DNA of 63,163 bases, filler included, from Squatina squatina (taxonomy: Eukaryota), in NCBI GenBank assembly GCA_031763465.1. It is 3 parts of 3 records of this genome, joined end to end, with 100 filler letters (N's around TTAATTAATTAA, not from the genome) between each part and the next. Parts side by side here need not be neighbours in the genome. Positions count along the whole stretch, not along the records: positions 1 to 28,316 come from JARFOE010000046.1; 2 more parts are not named here. One strand, 5' to 3'. Positions 1 through 14,330 of the stretch are shown here, piece after piece. Both the position numbers and the translations under genes were made by a program. The notes under the pieces were generated by a model. The model searched no databases. It was not told where the DNA came from and was given only the letters and a program-made list of their open reading frames with translations. Position 1 is the stretch's first letter; each line of letters starts with the position of its first letter.

Positions 1-88
1 TCCAGAGATGCTGCCTGACCTGCTGAGTTTTTACAGCAGTTTTTGTTTGTATTCTAGATTCCAGCATCCGCAGTATTTCGCTTTTGTA
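1..88 (+). mobile_element. Terminal fragment of a Penelope-like/associated interspersed repeat
   Basis: agatgctgcctgacctgctgag...ttctagattccagcatccgcagtattt; related copies at 13423-13535 (+) and 21225-21261 (reverse complement of 52-88 with 2 mismatches). Confidence 0.6.
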
Positions 89-1744
89 CCCGGTGCCAGA
101 GTTCTTGCAGGATAGGACCCCAGTACTGCATCACAGGAAAAGCTGAAAAACAGCATCCAAATGAGCAGCAACCATGGTTAGTAATAGAAATTGAATGTAA
201 AAGTTTGGATTGTGCAGTCAGAGCCTAGATTTAGGGAGAAATTACAACACAGAAACAAGCCATTCAATCCAAAAGTTTGTTAATTCCCCACATAAGCAGC
301 AGTTCTAATTCCATGTGCCCGTCCTGTTTTCATCACTTTATTCTCCTTTCATTGAACCAGCTATCTAACTAATGGAAGGTTAATTTAACTTTCAGAGGTG
401 GTGGAACCGAGAAATAGCAGATTGGGTGCCCATTATACACCCAGCCTGAAAACCGATCAGGGGATGTATATAACTGGTAGCCAATCCACCATCACCTGCT
501 TTCCACCACTGCCAAAAGTTAAAATCAGCTCCATGGTCTTGGCTTCAATCACTAACTCCGTTGCTGCATTCCACTGCCTCCAAATCCTGTGCAAAAAAGC
601 TTGTCCTGCTCTCTCTCCTAAACCTTTACATTTGATCTCACATTCATGTTGACTCATTCTAGATCCCTTAATCACAGGAAACAGTCTGCTCTATCTGCTC
701 CTTTTATTGAATCCTTTTTATGATTTTAAATGCCTCGATTAGATCATAATAGTTCTGTGGCTCCTGTTTGAATAGAGTGCGTTTTTGATTGTGGTGGCCT
801 GTAAATTAAATACATCCTTCCTTGTAAGTGGACTTTTGACATGATGACCGATACTGAGTAGAAAATTAATCTGATGATATAATCAGTAATATAATACCAT
901 CTGTATTAACTTCCCCCATTTTAAGTTAACATCCCCAATAAAACCTAAATTACAGGAACTTAACGGAACAGAAATTACTGTCAAAATAAATGTGACGTTA
1001 CGTTGTTCACCGTTATTTATGCGCAAATGGTACAGTAACTTCAGGCAAGAGCAGATGCGTGGTTACACGCAAAAATCCAGATGTTGCCCTCCAAGATGGA
1101 CCACTCTGCCGTTAGCTTCCTAAAAATAGCATCTCGCTGTCTGACTCACCACTGAAATGCATTGAATGGTATGTAAAGTTCTTTTACTTGCACAGTAGCT
1201 ATGAAATAAACTTGCCACTTTAAGTTGGGGCTTGTCTATTTCAGTCTAAGTACCCTTTTAATGGCATTATAAGTCTTTATTGGTGCCAAACAACCTCTCT
1301 GGCTCTGAAAATTTAATCTTACAAGTGTGGAGTCTCATTCCTTCAAAATTGAATAAGTGTTGGAGATTGTTTTTTGAACTAAAATTATTTTTTTTGTTGC
1401 TTTTTCTTCCATATTGTGCACGATTTACGAATTGAGAAAGTGATCAACTTCTCGGGCTCTGCCAATACCACTGTGTAACTGGCTGCTGAGAGGTGCAGGA
1501 TGACCCAACTTCATGATTTTCCATTTCCCCATTTTTAAAGCACCTTTCCTCAGCACTACCCACTCTAAGCTGGAAACTTGGGATGTGGGAAATGTGGCAC
1601 TCTAATGTTGGGAAGAGATAGCAATGCGTTTGAGTTTATGAAAATGCAGAAAGTATCGAGAGTACCTTTTCCAATAGCCTCGCCTGGGGGATTGCAGAGC
1701 TGGGAACTGGGAGCACTTGTGTACGCTGTGCTTTATCATTTCAG

Positions 1745-1993
1745 GAGGACGAGAAATCAGAAAAAAAGAGGCACAAGCCGAGGAAGGGTAAAGACAAGGA
1801 GAAAGAAGCAACGACAGAGGAGAAGCAGAGAAAGGCAAAGGAAATGGCAGCCGAGGAGAAGAGGAGGAAGAAGAAGGTGAAGACCAAGGGCAAGGCTGAT
1901 GATGACATGGACGATTTGGAGAAGTTTCTGATTGGCAGCGGTGACAGTCACATTGTGAGGAGCAGGGGTGGGGGAGACTACGAGGAGCTCTAG
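1745..1993 (+). CDS. RABL6: RAB-like 6, last coding exon (not in ORF track)
   Basis: Acceptor ctttatcatttcag|GAG; 83 codons EDEKSEKKRHK...DDLEKFLIGSG...RGGGDYEEL*. The Lys/Glu-rich tail and GGGDYEEL end match RABL6; it lies upstream of AJM1 on the same strand, as in human. Confidence 0.9.
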   Translation, partial: EDEKSEKKRHKPRKGKDKEKEATTEEKQRKAKEMAAEEKRRKKKVKTKGKADDDMDDLEKFLIGSGDSHIVRSRGGGDYEEL

Positions 1994-2206
1994 ACTCGTC
2001 GTGAGTTCTGCCGTGTGGTCTTGGTGTTACTACCCTGTTCTTTCGACACTTTAAAAATCCCTCTAACATTGGCGCAAAGCATGTTCCTGGGCTTTGTGGC
2101 AGAAGATATTTGTGCTGAGCTCTGGTTATTCCACTCAACTCCCATCACAGGTTGCTTTTGTAAGTTTTTAACTATTTGTAGGGAAGGTTGTGTTGAAGGT
2201 GTATCG

Positions 2207-2371
2207 CTGTGGGGCGGGGCTCGGTTCCACCTGTCTGGTCTGTGGGGCGGGGCTGGGTTCCAGGGGTGTGGTCCGTGGGGCGGGGCTGGGCTCCAGGTGT
2301 GTGGTCCGTGGGGCGGGGCTGGGCTCCTGGTGTGTGGTCTGTGGGGCGGTTCTGGGCTCCAGGTGTGTGGT
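2207..2371 (+). repeat. 33-bp G-rich minisatellite x5 in the probable RABL6 3' UTR
   Basis: Five copies of c(c/t)gtggggcggggctgggctccaggtgtgtggt read directly. Confidence 0.95.
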
Positions 2372-2816
2372 TTGACCAAGGGATTTCCGCTTTGGTTGAG
2401 TGATTAGTGCCTCACCAACTGAACGAGCCTACGTGGTAACTTCATTCTAATTTTATTCCAGTCTCTTGAGAAATGGGCGGGTTCTTCAAAATTGAAACAG
2501 GAGATTTTAGCCTTTAGTAAAGATTATCTTCAGCAGAATCCGTTACATTGGAATCGAAGCTGGTTTTAGGATCTCTGAGCAGCTGCAGACTCGAAGCCAC
2601 TCTGAAACCCAGTGCTCCTGTTCTCTGCTTGTTTGCAGCTTGTACCCAGGTAAGAGTGGCTCAGCCCACTCCCCTCAACCCCCCGCCACACCAAAATGGA
2701 AGCTGCCACCAGTGACNNNNNNNNNNNNNNNNNNNNNNNNNNNNNNNNNNNNNNNNNNNNNNNNNNNNNNNNNNNNNNNNNNNNNNNNNNNNNNNNNNNN
2801 NNNNNNNNNNNNNNNN

Positions 2817-3915
2817 AAACAAAGTGCATTTAAACAGAGTGTTAAAGTTGGGAATTTGGAGAGAGTGGGAATTCGGAACAGAGGGGGAAAGAGGTGCTGC
2901 TTTTGCCTCCAATATTTGGAGTGCTTTGTGTTACAGGTAATCGAGAATATAACGTAATCTAGATTAAGTAATTAGTTAAAACAATAAACTAGAAGCTAAG
3001 TTAATTAAATCCATAAACTTTAATTAATTAAATAAATAAAATAGGAATATTTAGTCATGGCAGTGCACGTGGCGTGCCACAACTGCAGCATGTGGGAGTT
3101 TGCGGAGAGCATCGCGATCCCAGATGACCACATCTATAGTAAGTTTTTGCCTCTCAAAGAACTTCAGCTCAGAGTTGTTGAGCTGGAGTCTGAGGTGCAG
3201 ACATGGCAGAGCATCAGGGAAGGTGAGAGTTACCTGGACACTTTGATCCAGGAGGCAGTCACACCCCTTAGGTTAGATAGTGGTACAGGTCTGGTTAATG
3301 ATCAGGGAAAGGAGGGCGTGACTGCAACTCAGGCAGGTAAGGGGACCCCAGATGCAGTGCTGGAGTAGCCTCAGCCTTTGTCCTTATCCACCAGGAATGA
3401 GGTTCCTGCTGCCTGCAGGATGAGCAAGTTGACCATGGCACCATGGTGCAGGAGGCCATTCACATTGGGGGAGTGAAAGGGAATGTAGTTGCGGTAGGGG
3501 ACAATATAGTCAGGGGATAGATACTGTTATGTGCAGCCACGACCAGGAGGTCTGAAAGTTGAGGTTGCCTGCCTGATGCCAGGGTTAAAGACATTTCCTA
3601 GCAGCTGGAGAAGAACTTGGAGTGGGAGGGGGAGAATCCAATTGTCATGGTCCACATAGGAACCAATGACATAGGTAAACCTAGGAATGAGGTTCTGCTG
3701 AGGGAGTTTGAGGAACTAGAATCCAACTTAAAAAGCAGAACCTCAAAGGTATTTTTACCTGAGCCACCCACCAATTGGCATAAGGCTAAGCAGATTACAG
3801 GTTTAAATGCGTGGCTCAAAGAGTGGTGTGGAAGGAAGGGGTCTCGCTTCGTGGGGCACTGGCACCAGTACTGGGGAAACAGGCAGCTGTTCCATTGGGA
3901 CGGGCTCCACTTAAA
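2817..3915 (+). mobile_element. CR1-clade LINE 5' region with disrupted ORF1 (Cys motif/coiled coil + SGNH esterase-like domain)
   Basis: CHNCSMWEF...LKELQLRVVELESEV (3057-3368) and VHIGTNDIGK...LNAWLKEWCGRKG...HWDGLHL (3617-3915), typical of CR1 ORF1; stops and frameshifts lie between them. Confidence 0.85.
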
Positions 3916-4015
3916 NNNNNNNNNNNNNNNNNNNNNNNNNNNNNNNNNNNNNNNNNNNNNNNNNNNNNNNNNNNNNNNNNNNNNNNNNNNNNNNNNNNNN
4001 NNNNNNNNNNNNNNN

Positions 4016-6802
4016 CTGTGACACTGTCCCTTTAAACTCTCCCCGTAATGTGACGCTGTCCCTTTAAACACTCCCGGCACTGTTCCTTTAAATACTCCCG
4101 ACACTGTCCCTTTAAATACTGCCCGACACTGTGACACTGTCCCTTTTAAATACTGCCCGACACTGTGACACTGTCCCTTTAAATACTTCCTGGCACTGTC
4201 CCTTTAAACACTCCCGGCACTGTGACACTGTCCCTTTAAACACTCCCGGCACTGTGACACTGTCCCTTTTAAACATTTCCCGCACTGTCCCTTTAACATT
4301 TCCCGGCACTGTGACACTATCCCTTTAAACACATCCCGGCACTGTAACACTGTCCCTTTAAACACACCCCACACTGTGACACTGTCCCTTTAAACACTTC
4401 CCGGCACTGTCCCTATAAACACTCCCTGGCACTGTCCCTTTAAACACTCCCGGCACTGTGACACATTCCCCGCACTGTCACTTTAAACCCATCCCGGCAC
4501 TGTGACACTTTCCCTTTAAACACTTCCCGGCACTGTCCCTTTAAACACTCCCCACACTGTGACACTGTCCCTTTAAACATTCCCCGGACTGTGACACTGT
4601 CCCTTTAAACACCCCCCGCACTGTGACAATGTCCCTTTAAACATCCCCCGCACTGTGACACTGTCCCTTTAAACTCTCCCCGTAATGTGACGCTGTCCCT
4701 TTAAACACTCCCGGCACTGTTCCTTTAAACACACCCGACACTGTCCCTTTAAATACTGCCCAACACATGTCCCTTTATACACACCCCACACTGTGACACT
4801 GTCCCTTTAAACATCCCCCGCACTGTCCCTATAAACATTTCCCAGCACTGTGACACTGTCCATTTAAACACATCCCGGCACTGTGACACTGTCCCTTTAA
4901 ACATACCCCACACTGTGACACTGTCCCTTTAAACACTCCCGGCACTGTGACACTGCCCCTTTAAACATTCTCCGCACTGTCCCTTTAAACACATCCCAGC
5001 ACTGTGACACTGTCCCTTTAAACACTTCCCGGCACTGTCCCTTTAAACACTTCCCCACACTGTGACACTGTCCCTTTAAACACTTCCCCACACTGTCCCT
5101 TTAAAAATTCCCCGCACTGTCCCATTAAACACATCCCAGCACTGTGACACTGTCCCTTTAAACACTCCCAGGCACTGTGACACTGTGACACTGTCCCTGT
5201 AAACACTCCCCACACTGTCCCTTTAGACACTCCCCACACTGTGACACTGTCCCTTTAAACACTTCCCCACACTGTCCCTTTAAAAATTCCCCGCACTGTC
5301 CCTTTAAACACATCCCAGCACTGTGACACTGTCCCTTTAAACACTCCCCGGCACTGTGACACTGTGACACTGTCCCTTTAAACACTCCCCACACTGTCCC
5401 TTTAGACACTCCCCACACTGTGACACTGTCCCTTTAAACACTTCCCGGCACTGTCTCTTTAAAGACATCCCGGTACAGTGACACTGTCCCTTTAAACAAT
5501 CCCAGCACTGTCCCTTAAAACCCATCCCGGCACTGTGACACTGTTCCTTTAAACACACCTCACACTGTGACACTGTCCCTTTAAACACTCCCGGTACTGT
5601 CCCTTTAAACACTCCCGGCACTGTGACACTTTCCCTTTAAACACTTCCCGGCACTGTCTCTTTAAAGACATCCCGGTACAGTGACACTGTCCCTTTAAAC
5701 ACACCCCACACTGTGACACTGTCCCTTTAAACACTTCCCGGCACTGTCCCTTTAAACACTTCCTGGCACTGTCCCTTTAAACACTCCCGGCACTGTGACA
5801 CTGTCCCTTTAAACATTCCCCGCACTGTCCCTTTAAACACTTCCCGGCACTGTGACACTGTCCCTTTAAACACTTCCCGGCACTGTGACACTGTCCCTTT
5901 AAACACTTCCTGGCACTGTGACATCGTCCCTTTAAACATTCCCCGCACTGTGACACTGTCCCTTTACACATTCCCCACACTGTGACACTGTCCCTTTAAA
6001 CACTTCCCGGCACTGTGACACTGTCCCTTTAAACATTCCCGGTACTGTCCCTATAAACACTTCCCCACACTGTGACACTGTCCCTTTAAACACATCCCGG
6101 CACTTTCCCATTAAACACTGCCGGCACTGTGACACTGTCCCTTTAAACATTCCCCGCACTGTCCCTTTAAACACTCCCCACACTGTCCCTTTAAACACTC
6201 CCGGCACTGTGACACTGTCCCTTTAAACATTCCCCGCACTGTCCCTTTAAACACTCCCCACACTGTGACACTTTCCCGGCACTGTCTCTTTAAAGACATC
6301 CCGGTACAGTGACTCTGTCCCTTTAAACACATCCCGGCACTGTCCCTTTAAACACTTCCCGGCAATGTGACACTGTCCCTTTAAACACTCTCCGGCACTG
6401 TCCCTTTAAACACTCCCGGCACTGTCCCTTTAAACACTCCCGGCACTTTGACACTGTCCCTTTAAACATTCCCCGCACTGTCCCTTTAATCACACCCCAC
6501 ACTGTGACACTGTCCCTTTAAACCCATCCCGGCACTGTGACACTTTCCCTTTAAACACTTCACGGCATTGTCCCTTTAAACATTCCCGGCACTGTCCCTT
6601 TAAACATTCCCGGCACTGTGACACTGTTCCTTTAAACACACCTCACACTGTGACACTGTCCCTTTAAACACTCCCGGCACTGTCCCTTTAAACATTCCCC
6701 GCACTGTCCCTTTAAACACTCCCCACACTGTGACACTTTCCCTTTAAACACTTCCCGGCACTGTCTCTTTAAAGACATCCCGGTACAGTGACACTGTCCC
6801 TT
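4016..6802. repeat. Satellite/minisatellite array, core cactgtccctttaaacactccc(g/c)g with optional 8-bp cactgtga module
   Basis: About 2.8 kb of contiguous ~21-31 bp units bounded by gaps on both sides. Confidence 0.97.
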
Positions 6803-6964
6803 NNNNNNNNNNNNNNNNNNNNNNNNNNNNNNNNNNNNNNNNNNNNNNNNNNNNNNNNNNNNNNNNNNNNNNNNNNNNNNNNNNNNNNNNNNNNNNNNNN
6901 NNTATTTGTTTAACATAATTAATTCAATTCAATTTTAATTATTTATAAATGTGATGGTTTTACA

Positions 6965-7925
6965 TAGGATCACATAGGATATGTGGCATAGGAACAGGCC
7001 ATTCAGCACAACCAGTCCATGCTGGCATTTCGGCTTCACTGGAGGCTTTTCCCATCTTTCCTCATATAAATCTATCTACAGAAGCTTCCATTCCTGCCTC
7101 CGTCATATGCTTGTCGAGCCTATGCATCTATATTATTCAGCTCAGCCACTTCCTCTGCTAACCAGTTACACATTCTCACCATTCTTTGGGTAAATATTTT
7201 TCTGCTGAAGTCCCTATTGGATTTCTTGGTGACTAACTTAAATTGATGGCCTCCAGTTATGCTCCTCTCCACAAGTGGAAACATTCTCCCTACATCCGCT
7301 CTATCAAAACCTTTCATAACTTAGAAGGCCTCTATTAGGTCAACCATCAGACTTATTTTGTTACAAGAGTCCCAGCCTGCTCATCCTTTCCTGATATGCA
7401 CACCATCGCTTTTCTAGTAATATCCTTGTAAATATTCTCTGCACCCTCTCCAGCGCCTCTTTATCCATTTTATAATATGGAAACGAGAAATGTACGCAGT
7501 ATTCTAAGTGTTGTCTACCCAAGGTTTGATACAGGTTTAGCATAATTTCCCTACTTTTAAATTCTATATGGCGAGAAATAAACCCTCGTGCTTGACTTGC
7601 TTTTTCTAAGGCCTTGTCACCTTGTGTCACAAGACTCGTGGTTTGTGTATTTGTACTCTGGGATCACATTCTTCCTCTATCCCACCTGGATTCACACCCC
7701 ACACGTAATAATTGACCTTCCTATTATTCTTTCCAAACTGAAATGACTTAGATTTATCTGTTGAGAACTTCATTTGTCAGCTATGCGCCCACTCTGCAAG
7801 TTTATTCATGTCCTTCTTTAACATGATGCATTCCCCCTCGGTATTGACTGTTGCCCCCAATTTTGTGTCATCCAAAAATTTAGAAATTTATTTTGAATCC
7901 AAAGTCTAAATCGTTAATATAAATT
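6965..7925 (-). mobile_element. CR1 LINE 3' part (RT C-terminal region and tail), degenerate
   Basis: Minus translation LYQTLGRQHLEYCVHFSFPYYKMDKEALERVQRIFTRIL and MKGFDRADVGRMFPLV...FTQRMVRMCN; tail with ctgaatggcctgttcct. Confidence 0.9.
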
Positions 7926-8384
7926 GTTCCAGTTTTGTGAAATCCACCCTATTGTATTTGTGAATCAGCAATATAAAAACACCAAAAAATTCTCTTTGGA
8001 GCTGCACAAACCCTTACAACATGCGACGTGCAATAGAAGGCACGTTGGAGCCATAAATAATGTACAGTGTAGCAGATTTCATATCACAGCCAATTCGTGC
8101 TCAGTCAGTAAACACATTTTATGCATTTCACGCACCTACTAAGATGATTTACTAAACTGGGATTCACACTGAGATACTAATAAGAATTTAAATTGCAGAA
8201 TTTCTGGCATATATTTTAGCGGCATTGAAAGAGTTTTCAAAATGTAAAGCACGCCACAATATTGCCACATTTACCATGTGTGAAGTCTAGCTCCTATTCA
8301 CTTAGCAGAAACATTAACTTTGCAATTATTCAGTTAAACAATTTTGCCAACTATGGGAGCGTCGCGGTGAAATTAATAGAATTT

Positions 8385-8519
8385 ATTATCAGGGACAGCG
8401 TGACTTGAACCAACATGAACTGGTAAGAGAGAGCCAGCATGGATTTGTAAAGAGTAGGTTATGTCTAATGAACCTAATTGAAATTTTTGAGGAAATAACT
8501 AACGTGGTAGATATGGGAG
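8385..8519 (+). mobile_element. CR1 RT fragment
   Basis: ESQHGFVKSRLCLMNLIEIFEEIT, the QHGF..RSCLTNL motif of CR1 RT. Confidence 0.8.
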
Positions 8520-8619
8520 NNNNNNNNNNNNNNNNNNNNNNNNNNNNNNNNNNNNNNNNNNNNNNNNNNNNNNNNNNNNNNNNNNNNNNNNNNNNNNNNN
8601 NNNNNNNNNNNNNNNNNNN

Positions 8620-11021
<2,402 letters not shown>

Positions 11022-13149
11022 TCACATGCACCACTTCCTGTTCGAGCAACAGAATGTTTTAAAGCTTATTTAATATATTTGTAGATAATGTATTTTATAT
11101 AAGGACATGAGGAATCTACTGAAGCCTGTTGCTGGGTGGTTATTATTTAAAGTGGAGGAGCCCGCCTGCTGTGTGACCCCTGACCTCCCCCCCCAACCCC
11201 ACTCCCCCAATCCCACCCGTACCCCACCCCCGGCCGGGCCTAGCCATTGGGAGGTTGGTGGGAAGCCTGCGCTGCTACTATAGCAACACGGATGGCAGAA
11301 GCATCGGGTAACCAGATCGGCTGAGGCCCANNNNNNNNNNNNNNNNNNNNNNNNNNNNNNNNNNNNNNNNNNNNNNNNNNNNNNNNNNNNNNNNNNNNNN
11401 NNNNNNNNNNNNNNNNNNNNNNNNNNNNNNGCACATATTCACTTCATTCAAGGTACAAGTTTCCGGGTCGGAAGCCATGACGAAAATACAATGTTGCCGA
11501 GTGCCTTGCAGATCTAATTAATGTGGGGAGAGAATGCTGCTTATGTTGCAGCAAGTTTTAATTATGAGCTTGGATAGATTCAGGAACGCTGATGTCTGGG
11601 GACTGAGTTAATTAAAAGCTGCTTTATTTTAGTTTTAATTAGTTTCTCTTCACCATATGGCCTTGTCCTGTGGTCAAATTNNNNNNNNNNAAGTGATCAG
11701 TTTAATTATTCAGGGCAATCTGATTGGTAACTGGAGTCTCTGATAGTTCACAGGATTGTTTTTCCATCTTTATTAAAGTTAGAAGGAGATCTCCCTCAGG
11801 CAATGACCTCCAGACTGAGGCAAGGTCACAGGAGTAAATATCCTGCTCTATAGCGAGAGACAGCAAACCAGAGCCCACGTGAAGGCCATTCAAAGCCCAT
11901 TAGCAGGGACTGGGCCCCCAGTGCAGCCTCCGCTGCCAGCTCTGTGTGCGGTGTTGGATCCACGGTGTCGAAGGGGCAGGGTNNNNNNNNNNNNNNNNNN
12001 NNNNNNNNNNNNNNNNNNNNNNNNNNNNNNNNNNNNNNNNNNNNNNNNNNNNNNNNNNNNNNNNNNNNNNNNNNNNNNNNNNCGTATTTGAAGTTACCCA
12101 TACTTTTGCAGACACGAAACCAATTCAATTTCTAGACCCACCCTTGTACAGAACCCATTTTCATCTTGTGAAAATTTGGACTCTCTTTCCTATTGAATTT
12201 TATCTCCATTACACTGGTCCTTCATGCTGCTGTGGTGATGACCTGGCTTTGCATATGTGGAGACTGCAACTGACACTAAAATAATGCTGCTACTCTGTCC
12301 TCTTGTGACTGAAAAGAAAAACACAAGGAAAAATCCCTTAAAAATGGCGAGGTGAGTGAGATGAAAGCAAGTGGAAATGGGTTTACCGCAGCCACCTTAT
12401 CACTGCAATCAGCACCCACGGCCTACCTACTTTCATCACGTCCTGCATAAAGTAGTTAAATCTGAAATGTCTTTTCAGCCTCCCTATTCTAAGTTTGAGG
12501 CTATACCCTCTTTTGAGGGATTAAACATTTTTTAAACACAACACTGAGGTTACTGTCACAGTCTTTATCATCCTTGCAAACGTATACAAAACCATCAGAC
12601 ACCAAGTCCAAAGGCTTAAACTTTATTTCTACAAGAACTTACAGGGAGGAGGGAAAGGAGAAAGCGAGAGGAAATAATATATGCACCAGGTTAAGGTGGT
12701 GCACTTGTGGAATCGGGATTTAACACAAATAAAGTTTTCACACTTCTGTCCCTGGTTAGAGATTAATTGCATTCAAAACCATGCCCGGGAATCAGATAGA
12801 AGACCAGAAACGAAGCTTTTCTTTGGGTGAAGTAGAATGCCGACAGCAGATTGATCAGAGTTACTCAGCAGTGGAAGGTGATAATCCCTCCCAAATCCAG
12901 CTTGGCAATACCTCATTCTGACTTGTGAAAAAGCCAGGGGAGACCAGTTCAAAGGGAGAACTGATTTCGAGGCTTTGTCCTCATTTTTTCTTTGGTCCCT
13001 TCTCCAGAGGTTGTCCAATGTCCTTCCCACGCAGCTTGAGGCCTTTGAAAAGGAAACAAAGTAAATTTGGTTAATATCAAATAATTCCACCTGAGACACT
13101 CAAACTTGCTGCTTACACTTCATTTAATGGAGGCTGCTTGGGTGGGCTT

Positions 13150-13322
13150 TATTTTATTTATTCATTCTTGAGATGTGGGCGTCACTGGCGAGGCCAGCCT
13201 TTATTGCCCACCCCTAGCTGCCCTCGAGAAGGTGGTGATGAGCCCCCTTCTTGAACCACTGCAGTCCGTGTGGTGAAGGAACTCCCACAGTGCTGTTAGG
13301 GAGGGAGTTCCAGGATTTTGAC
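13150..13322 (-). mobile_element. LINE (CR1/L2 superfamily) 3' end
   Basis: Minus translation KSWNSLPNSTVGVPSPHGLQWFKKGAHHHLLEG followed by an A-rich tail; second copy at 28680-28790. Confidence 0.75.
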
Positions 13323-13422
13323 NNNNNNNNNNNNNNNNNNNNNNNNNNNNNNNNNNNNNNNNNNNNNNNNNNNNNNNNNNNNNNNNNNNNNNNNNNNNNN
13401 NNNNNNNNNNNNNNNNNNNNNN

Positions 13423-13535
13423 CTGACGAAGGGTCGTGGAGCTGAAAAGTTAACTCTGTTTCTCTCTTCACAGATGCTGCCTGACCCTGCTGAGTATTCC
13501 CAGTATTATCTATTTTTATTTCAGATTTCCAGCAG
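13423..13535 (+). mobile_element. Penelope-like terminal repeat fragment with decayed hammerhead core
   Basis: ctgacga-agggtcgtggagct-gaaa-agtta followed by the same cagatgctgcctgacc...ttccagca sequence as at 1-88. Confidence 0.6.
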
Positions 13536-13786
13536 TGTTTGGCGTCTGTTTGAGGGCTTCCAGCGAGTGCTCTCTTGCCTGTGGTTGTGGGTGGGGCAGC
13601 AGGGAGCTGTTCCTGCGCCCACTAATCCTGCTGACAGGAGCAGGTGGAGGCGAGTGAAGGGGAGGAAAGGCCTGCTGACACAGCCCCGGCTCCGTTGGAG
13701 GTCCATCATCGGGGGAAAACCTCATGACAACGTGGAAATGCGGATAACCCACGGTTTGCTCAGAGCCTCTCGCTCAACCTACTCAC

Positions 13787-13927
13787 TTGGAAAACTGGAA
13801 AACATCAAAAACAAACTTCTCCATCTTGATTCCATTGGGTGTCTCTGGTGTCACAATGTTTCCTTTCTCATCGACATGGGGAATCTTCTTCACAGCCACG
13901 TGAGACTTCAGCTTAGGTTCAAACTCT
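13787..13927 (-). CDS. UAP1L1: UDP-N-acetylhexosamine pyrophosphorylase-like 1, internal exon (141 bp)
   Basis: ccctgtag|A GAG...TCC AA|gtgagt; [19 protein letters not shown]...[17 protein letters not shown]; phase matches the upstream exon. UAP1L1 preferred over UAP1 from synteny. Confidence 0.88.
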
Positions 13928-13964
13928 CTACAGGGAATAAAAAGAGAATATGATGGAATCTCAG

Positions 13965-14330
13965 AGCACATGAGGCCATTTGACCCACCGTGTCTTTGAA
14001 GGAGCTGTCCATTTAATCCCGTCGCCCAGCCTTTCCCCGTCGCCCAGCCTTTCCCCGTCGCCCATCAAATATTTACCCAGTTCCCTTTTGAAAGTTATTA
14101 TTGAATCTGCTTCCACTGCCTTTTCAGGCAGCGCGTTCCAGATCACAACAACTCAAATTCTCATCTCGCCTCCAGTCCTTTTGACAATTACCTTTAATCT
14201 TTGGTTCCTGAGACTCCCGCCAGTGGCAACAGTTTCTTCCTATCTACCCGTATCAAAACCCCTCAATTTTGGACAATTCGATTCAATCTCCCCTTAACCT
14301 TCTCCAGTCTCTCCACATAACTGAAGTGCT
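13965..14330 (-). mobile_element. CR1 LINE 3' end with a short internal 18-bp tandem duplication
   Basis: IWNALPEKAVEADSIITFKRELGKYL; tail gggtcaaatggcct; cccgtcgcccagcctttc repeated at about 14018-14063. Confidence 0.8.

Noticed and set aside
1578-1880. Arg/Lys-rich protamine-like ORF
   Set aside because: Alternative frame of the purine-rich RABL6 last exon.
1990-2407. Gly/Trp/Cys (keratin-like) and Pro/His repeat ORFs
   Set aside because: Produced by the stop-free 33-bp repeat in several frames.
4016-6802. CRISPR-like array
   Set aside because: No unique spacers, no cas genes, vertebrate context.
4112-6916. Many Cys-periodic ORFs (ECLKGQC) resembling metallothionein or zinc fingers
   Set aside because: Translations of the satellite; unit lengths shift frame constantly.
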